In this document: one piece after another, positions 58,888-64,000 of the stretch
Numbering within the stretch: the first letter of the stretch is position 1
How the letters are laid out: the number at the start of each line of letters is the position of its first letter
NCBI GenBank assembly: GCA_938042195.1
Contig: CALIRQ010000007.1
Span: 71,871-135,870 of the forward strand
Source of the DNA: an uncultured archaeon
Lineage (GTDB): Archaea > Thermoproteota > Bathyarchaeia > 40CM-2-53-6 > CALIRQ01
DNA: 64,000 nt
Direction: 5' to 3'
Made by a program: the position numbers and the translations under genes
Notes under the pieces: generated by a model
The model's database searches: none
The model's input: the letters and a program-made list of their open reading frames with translations, nothing else
What the model was told of the DNA's origin: nothing

Positions 58888-59963
58888 TCAATCCCATCCG
58901 CGCCCCTGGAATCCGGCCCTCGGACCTCTACCTTGCACAACCCATCCCTCTCCACGGCGTTTTCTATGGCCGCCTCGGCCATCGAAATGGATATCTCCCC
59001 AATCCTGCGCAGGGCCAAGACCACCTCCCTCAATTCCCCGAATCCATGGCAAATGTTCTCAAGCGGCAGGTCATCGATTATATCATACGCCTCCCTCGAG
59101 CATTCCTCGAATAGGTTTATGGCCATATTTGCCATCTTGCTATCGTAATTGAACGCGCTCTTCATGACCATATCGCAAATGCCCTTTATCTTATTGTTAT
59201 ATTCCCATATCCGAGCCTTGAGCCTCTCGCTAACCCATCCCCCCGAAGTCCCCATCCTCACCACGCCCTCGGCCACCTTATTGGCCCAATCCGCCATCCT
59301 CTCCAGGGCATTTGAGATGAGGGCCATCGAGAGGATGCTCCCGGAGTCGTATATACCGATCCTTTGGGATATCGCCGGATTCGCTTGGGCTTGATTCAAA
59401 AGCCTCAGGATCAGGGCATAGATCCTATTGGCCTCCCGCTCCCGCCTCTGGGCCTCCTTGGCCAGCGCGACATCCGAGTCCATCAGGGCCTTGATCGCAT
59501 CGCTCAGCATCGTGGAGAAGAGGGAATATAGGCGATGGATCGCGACGTCCATTGGAAATAGGGCGGGGTTTATGGAGCATTGAAGCACAACGCTCGAGGG
59601 CGTTTCCTCTATGATGCTCAGCCCGATCAATTTGAGCTCGGCCTCGCGGATCGCCTCGAGGCTCCCTCCGTCTATCCTGCTCGACGAACTCACCCTTATG
59701 ACATCGAATCCCTTGACGTAGCCCGCGGTTATCAGCCTCCCGAGGAGGCCCCTATCTCGAAAAAGATCGAGGTTTATGACGAGGGTGCTCGAAACCTCTT
59801 TGGTGGCCGACTCCGCGCTTTGGAATATCCTGAGGGAGCCATCCCTTTCGGTGGAGAGGAGCACGAGGTCCCCCTTCTTCAGCCCAACCCTTTTGACCCA
59901 ACTGGCTGGCAAAGAAACGGTCAGCGTGGAACGCCCAACCAGCTGTATCCTGCGCCTCTCCAT
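58884..59963 (-). CDS. phoU: Archaeal PhoU-family regulator (N-terminal AbrB domain plus PhoU repeats)
   Basis: RRIQLVGRSTLTVSLPASWV..GLKKGD, Y..GFD.I, LERMAD, LRRIGE. Confidence 0.88.
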   Translation of the reverse strand: MERRRIQLVGRSTLTVSLPASWVKRVGLKKGDLVLLSTERDGSLRIFQSAESATKEVSSTLVINLDLFRDRGLLGRLITAGYVKGFDVIRVSSSSRIDGGSLEAIREAELKLIGLSIIEETPSSVVLQCSINPALFPMDVAIHRLYSLFSTMLSDAIKALMDSDVALAKEAQRREREANRIYALILRLLNQAQANPAISQRIGIYDSGSILSMALISNALERMADWANKVAEGVVRMGTSGGWVSERLKARIWEYNNKIKGICDMVMKSAFNYDSKMANMAINLFEECSREAYDIIDDLPLENICHGFGELREVVLALRRIGEISISMAEAAIENAVERDGLCKVEVRGPDSRGADGIE

Positions 59964-60001
59964 TGGCTCAACCTCGCAATCGTTTATTTATTCTATTTAC
60001 C

Positions 60002-60013
60002 AGAATATATTCT
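60002..60013. promoter_or_regulatory. Perfect palindrome AGAATATATTCT upstream of the phoU-like gene
   Basis: 12-bp palindrome ~40 nt upstream of the ATG in an AT-rich promoter region. Confidence 0.35.
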
Positions 60014-60079
60014 AAACTGAACAAATATAAGATTTGCTGGAGGATATTTACCAACCCGAGCGCATATGGGTGAGGGGGA

Positions 60080-60400
60080 ATAGTTTACGAGCATGTTTGC
60101 GATTGGAAGTCTTGCGAGAGGGATTGCCCAAAGGCCAAGATACGGGGCGAGCTGCTAAGGGCCGGGAATGAAATACATTCGCTCCACAGGAGGGGCCTCG
60201 ATTCCGCCGCGAGCTGCCTTGAAGAAATCATCAGGCCTCGGGGACGCCGTCCTAAGGGCCAAGCCATTCGCGGGGGATGGGAGGTTCCTGGTCCACGCCG
60301 GGGATACCTACATCTTATCCAAGGGCCATGGGCATTTGGAGCGGATGATCGAGGCGCAAGCGAAGGCTTGCGGAGCGGCCCTTGGATGCCGGGCGGATCT
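60080..60400 (+). pseudogene. Internal fragment of a sugar-phosphate nucleotidyltransferase (GalU/RmlA-like)
   Basis: GLGDAVLRAKPFAGDGRFLVHAGDTYILS..HLERMIEA; lacks the N-terminal GxGTR motif and the C-terminus. Confidence 0.65.
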
Positions 60401-60887
60401 CGCGGCCCGATCAACGGATCCCCATCCGCCCCTCGAGCCCCTCAATCCTCGCCTCGATGGACCTCAATTGGCCCGAGATCTCCTCCTTGATTATGGACCT
60501 TATCTCGGGCAAGAGGATCCTTGAGATCCAGCCCGGGGCCTTCTCGGCGGCCTTCTTCGCCAATCGGATCGCCGGGATCGCATCGGGCCCAATTCATTTA
60601 AGCCTTGTGGGGCCCGCCCCCGCCTTTGGGGCCCATGGCGGGCCCGATCCCTCGGGATCCGCTGGGGATCCGATGTCGATGCGCCCGCGCGATTCCCAAC
60701 GGCCTCCACGAACGCTCCCCAAAGCCTTTCCGATGCTTGGGGATCCCCTTCGGCAGAGCCCCTCCGTCCCCCGGCTGGGGCCATAAACCCGTAAGCCGCT
60801 GGCGTTGTTAATGGGCGAGCGGCGGGACCTAGCGAGGCCCAATGAAGCATCGCTCCCGGCGATGGGCAATGAAAGGGCACGGAGCCC

Positions 60888-61439
60888 CTAGCCCAAGAAG
60901 GCCTTCAGCGCCGTCGCCAGGACGGCTATCAGTATGGGTATGTTGAAGCCCACGAGGAGCCTCTCGACGATCCCGAGGCGCTTATCCACGTAGTACCTAA
61001 GGTCCTCGAACCTCTTATCGATCGCCTCGAACCTCCTGTCGCTATAGGCCCTAAGGTCCTCGAAGCGCTTGTTCATATCCTCGAAGCGCTTGTTCATATC
61101 CTCAAATCGCTTATTCATATCCTCGAACCGCCTATCGCTATGGGCCATCACTTCCTCGAACCGCCTATCGCTATATGCCCTAAGGTCCTCGAGGCGCTTG
61201 TTCATATCCTCGAGGCGCTTATTCATATCCTCGAACCGCCTATCCATATCCTCGAAGCGCTTCCCCAAGAAGCCCAATAGCATCTCGAACCGCTTATCGA
61301 TATCCTCCCTCGTGGGGAACCTATCCCATGGGGCGAGCCTCATGACCAGGGCCATTAGGGCCTCGGGCTTGCGCTCCAGCGCCTCTATTATGGCATCGGG
61401 CCTCCGCCTTATTATGGCCACGATGTCCTCCTCGCTCAT
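60888..61439 (-). CDS. Coiled-coil repeat protein with a C-terminal membrane anchor
   Basis: RFEDMNK heptads and RFEDLRAYSDR hendecads, TM segment LLVGFNIPILIAVLATAL; start set at MSEEDIV. Confidence 0.85.
   Translation of the reverse strand: MSEEDIVAIIRRRPDAIIEALERKPEALMALVMRLAPWDRFPTREDIDKRFEMLLGFLGKRFEDMDRRFEDMNKRLEDMNKRLEDLRAYSDRRFEEVMAHSDRRFEDMNKRFEDMNKRFEDMNKRFEDLRAYSDRRFEAIDKRFEDLRYYVDKRLGIVERLLVGFNIPILIAVLATALKAFLG
60995..61300. repeat. Intragenic tandem 21-bp and 33-bp repeats
   Basis: Units such as GTTCATATCCTCGAAGCGCTT repeated, interspersed with 33-bp units. Confidence 0.85.
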
Positions 61440-61739
61440 CGGGATCGACCGATCATGGGCATCGGGCGCCCCCGGCCTTAAAAATCCTTTCGACCCTCGG
61501 CATAAGCGCCCATGAGCCCGAAGCCGATGAGGATCCCGTCGGCGGGCGCTGATAACCTTGCATTTCCGCATTACCTCCTCACGATGGAGAGGCATTGTAT
61601 GCGGCCCCGGGCCCCTCCCTTTGGAATGCTTCGCCCATATTTCATGGAGGGAGATGCGGGCCCCAGAAGGCTGAAGGTTATAGCGCCGCCCGGGATACGA
61701 CAAGCCTTAATTCGATGTCCCGCCGCATGGGCGATTGGG

Positions 61740-62738
61740 ATGCGCATCCTGATAACGGGCGGGATGGGGTTCATAGGCTCGAACCTGATAAGGCATATGC
61801 TCGAGGCGCACGAGGACATCGAGATCCTCAACCTCGATAAGCTCTCCTATGGTTCCAACCCGTTCAATCTTAAATCGATCGAGGCGGATGGAAGATATGG
61901 ATTCCTGAGGGGCGACATATGCGATTTCGAAACCGTCAAGGGGGCCGCTAAGGATATGGAGGCTGTGATCAACTTGGCCGCCGAGACGCATGTCGATAGG
62001 AGCATATCCAACCCCAGACCGTTCCTCGAGACCAACGTCCTCGGGGTCCTTAACCTCTTGGAGGCTTGTAGGCTCCACGACCTCGCTTATCAGCAGGTCT
62101 CCACCGATGAGGTCTACGGGCCCGCGCCGAAGGGGCGCTCGTTCAAGGAGGGGGATCCGCTGAACCCCTCCTCCCCCTACGCGGCCTCGAAGGCATCGGC
62201 CGACCTCCTTGTTAATGCCTACCACGAGACCTATGGCCTGAGGGCCACGATCACGAGGTCGACCAACAACTTCGGGCCGAACCAATTCCCGGAGAAGCTC
62301 ATACCGAAGGCCATAATCAGGGCCCTTCTGGGCCTATCGGTGCCGATCTACGGATCCGGGAGGCAGATCAGGGATTGGATCTACGTGGCCGACCATTGCG
62401 AGGCGATCGATTTGGTCCTCCGCAGGGGCAAGCCGGGCGAGATCTACAACGTAAGCGCTGGCAATGAGCTGGAGAACTCGGAGGTCGTCGAGGCGATCCT
62501 GGAGGCCCTCGGGAAGCCCAAATCCATGATCGAGTACGTGGAGGATAGGCCCGGGCACGATTTTAGATACAGCTTGGATAGCTCCAAGATCCGGGGCGAG
62601 CTCGGCTGGAGGCCGAGGCATGCCTTCGGGGAGGCGTTGAGGAAGACCGTCGAATGGTATATTGAGAACGAGTGGTGGTGGCGCCCCTTGGCCGATGAGA
62701 GGATCCTCCATCCCACGCCATGGAGGCTCGAATGGTGA
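61740..62738 (+). CDS. rfbB: dTDP-glucose 4,6-dehydratase
   Basis: TGGMGFIGSN, AAETHVDRSI, STDEVYG, PSSPYAASK, PEKLIP, DRPGHD.RY. Confidence 0.96.
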   Translation: MRILITGGMGFIGSNLIRHMLEAHEDIEILNLDKLSYGSNPFNLKSIEADGRYGFLRGDICDFETVKGAAKDMEAVINLAAETHVDRSISNPRPFLETNVLGVLNLLEACRLHDLAYQQVSTDEVYGPAPKGRSFKEGDPLNPSSPYAASKASADLLVNAYHETYGLRATITRSTNNFGPNQFPEKLIPKAIIRALLGLSVPIYGSGRQIRDWIYVADHCEAIDLVLRRGKPGEIYNVSAGNELENSEVVEAILEALGKPKSMIEYVEDRPGHDFRYSLDSSKIRGELGWRPRHAFGEALRKTVEWYIENEWWWRPLADERILHPTPWRLEW

Positions 62739-62753
62739 GCTGGGGCGGGGCCA

Positions 62754-63650
62754 TTGAGGATCTTGGTCACGGGCTCGAGCGGATTGCTCGGATCGGCCGC
62801 TATCCGCTTGGCCATAAGAGGGGGCCATGAGGTCTATTCGGCGTATGGCAACAATCGGCCCGAGGCCGGGATCCCCTTAAGGTTGGATCTAACGGCCCTC
62901 CAAGATATCGGCCGAGCGGTCGGGAGGGTCGATCCCGATGCCATAATCCACGCCGCGGCCCTAACGGATGTGGATAGATGCGAGCGGGAGAGGGACCTGG
63001 CCATGAGGGTCAACGCCGAGGCCACCGCCGCGATCGCCTCCGCGGCCCGGGAGGCCGGGGCCTTCTTGGTCTACATATCGACCGACTATGTCTTCAATGG
63101 CGAGAGGGGCCTATATTCGGAGGAGGATGAGCCGGACCCCGTGAACTTCTACGGCTACACGAAGCTCAAGGGCGAGGAGTTCGTAAGGGAGCGCGCCGGG
63201 GGCTATTGCATAGCCAGGGCGAGCGTCATATACGGCGCCGTCCCGGCGAGCGGCAAGGCGAACTTCGCCCTATGGCTCATCGATAAGCTGGGGCGGGGGG
63301 AGGAGGCGAGCGTCCTGGTGGATCAATACATTTCGCCCACCTTGAACTCGAGCTTGGCCCGGATGGTCTTGGAGGCCGCCGAGAGGGGGCTCGAGGGCAT
63401 CTATCATATGGCCGGGGCCGATAGGGTTAGCAGATACGATTTCGCCGCGAAGCTATGCGAAGTCTTCGGGCTCGATGCCTCGCTCCTCAAGCCCGCGCGC
63501 ATGGGCGATATGGGCTGGGTGGCCCGGAGGCCAAGGGACTCCTCCTTGGATGTCTCGAAGGCCGCTGGGGCGTTGAGGGGTAAACCGTTAAAGTTAATCG
63601 AAGCCCTGAGGACCCTCAGGGGGGAGTTTGGGGAATGCTCCCGGGCGTGA
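62754..63650 (+). CDS. rfbD: dTDP-4-dehydrorhamnose reductase
   Basis: TGSSGLLG, AAALTDVD.CE, YISTDYVF.G, YG.TKL.GE, RPRDSSL. Confidence 0.94.
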   Translation: MRILVTGSSGLLGSAAIRLAIRGGHEVYSAYGNNRPEAGIPLRLDLTALQDIGRAVGRVDPDAIIHAAALTDVDRCERERDLAMRVNAEATAAIASAAREAGAFLVYISTDYVFNGERGLYSEEDEPDPVNFYGYTKLKGEEFVRERAGGYCIARASVIYGAVPASGKANFALWLIDKLGRGEEASVLVDQYISPTLNSSLARMVLEAAERGLEGIYHMAGADRVSRYDFAAKLCEVFGLDASLLKPARMGDMGWVARRPRDSSLDVSKAAGALRGKPLKLIEALRTLRGEFGECSRA

Positions 63651-64000
63651 TGATCAAGCCCCTGAGGAGGTTCTTCGATGAGAGGGGCTTCATGGAGGCC
63701 ATCAGGGCCGATTGGGGAGATTTGATGGGCGAGGATCGAATCCTCCAAGCCAACCTATCCACGACCTACCCGGGCGTGGTAAGGGCTTGGCATAGGCACG
63801 AGCGGGGCCAAGTGGACTACGTGGCGGTGAAGGGGGCCTTGAAGATATGCGCCTATGACGAGGCCTCTGGGGAGCTCGACGAGATCGTGGCGGCGGCGCA
63901 GGATCCGAGCGCGATAAGGGTGCCGGGGCGCTACTGGCATGGGTTCAAAGCGATCGGGGACGAGCCGGCCATCCTGCTATATTTCGTCACTATACGATTA
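63635..64000 (+). CDS. rfbC: dTDP-4-dehydrorhamnose 3,5-epimerase (runs off the window)
   Basis: MLPGV..KPL..F.DERG, QAN.S...PGVVRAWHRH, PG..WHGF; absent from the ORF track because there is no stop in the window. Confidence 0.88.
   Translation, partial: MLPGVMIKPLRRFFDERGFMEAIRADWGDLMGEDRILQANLSTTYPGVVRAWHRHERGQVDYVAVKGALKICAYDEASGELDEIVAAAQDPSAIRVPGRYWHGFKAIGDEPAILLYFVTIRL

Noticed and set aside
60400-60880. GC-rich stretch with several overlapping short ORFs
   Set aside because: No recognisable motifs or consistent coding frame; probably decayed DNA
60995-61300. Repeat array as a possible CRISPR
   Set aside because: Units are contiguous, in-frame multiples of 3 with no unique spacers and no cas genes; they encode a coiled coil

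Overview
Archaeal chromosomal window of moderately high GC; gene content and style suggest a TACK-type anaerobe such as Bathyarchaeia (inference). Housekeeping genes (FKBP PPIase, Nre, TsaA, aEF-1beta, Cdc48, GGR, carAB, FEN1, Pcm, PhoU, rmlBDC) flank three accessory blocks. (i) A ~14 kb catabolic/transport cluster with RraA/HMG aldolase, SDRs, two IolN-like creatininase-family hydrolases, cupins, a BKACE enzyme, a Na+/solute symporter, two MFS and an ECF transporter. (ii) A kamA (lysine 2,3-aminomutase-like) + ATP-grasp ligase operon. (iii) An energy block with a group 3b sulfhydrogenase operon and a complete hdrCBA-mvhDGA operon. The most striking observation is that HdrC carries an N-terminal ribbon-helix-helix DNA-binding domain and its promoter carries tandem operator-like repeats over the TATA box, suggesting a self-regulating heterodisulfide reductase/hydrogenase operon. 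Also found: a tRNA-Leu(GAG) with a non-canonical D-arm BHB intron, structured 5' leaders before the ECF and kamA operons, a 56-aa Cys-rich ORF missed by the ORF track, and several heavily eroded pseudogenes in apparently empty intergenic gaps. All family calls are from motif recognition, not database searches. No CRISPR array, rRNA or intact mobile element was seen.
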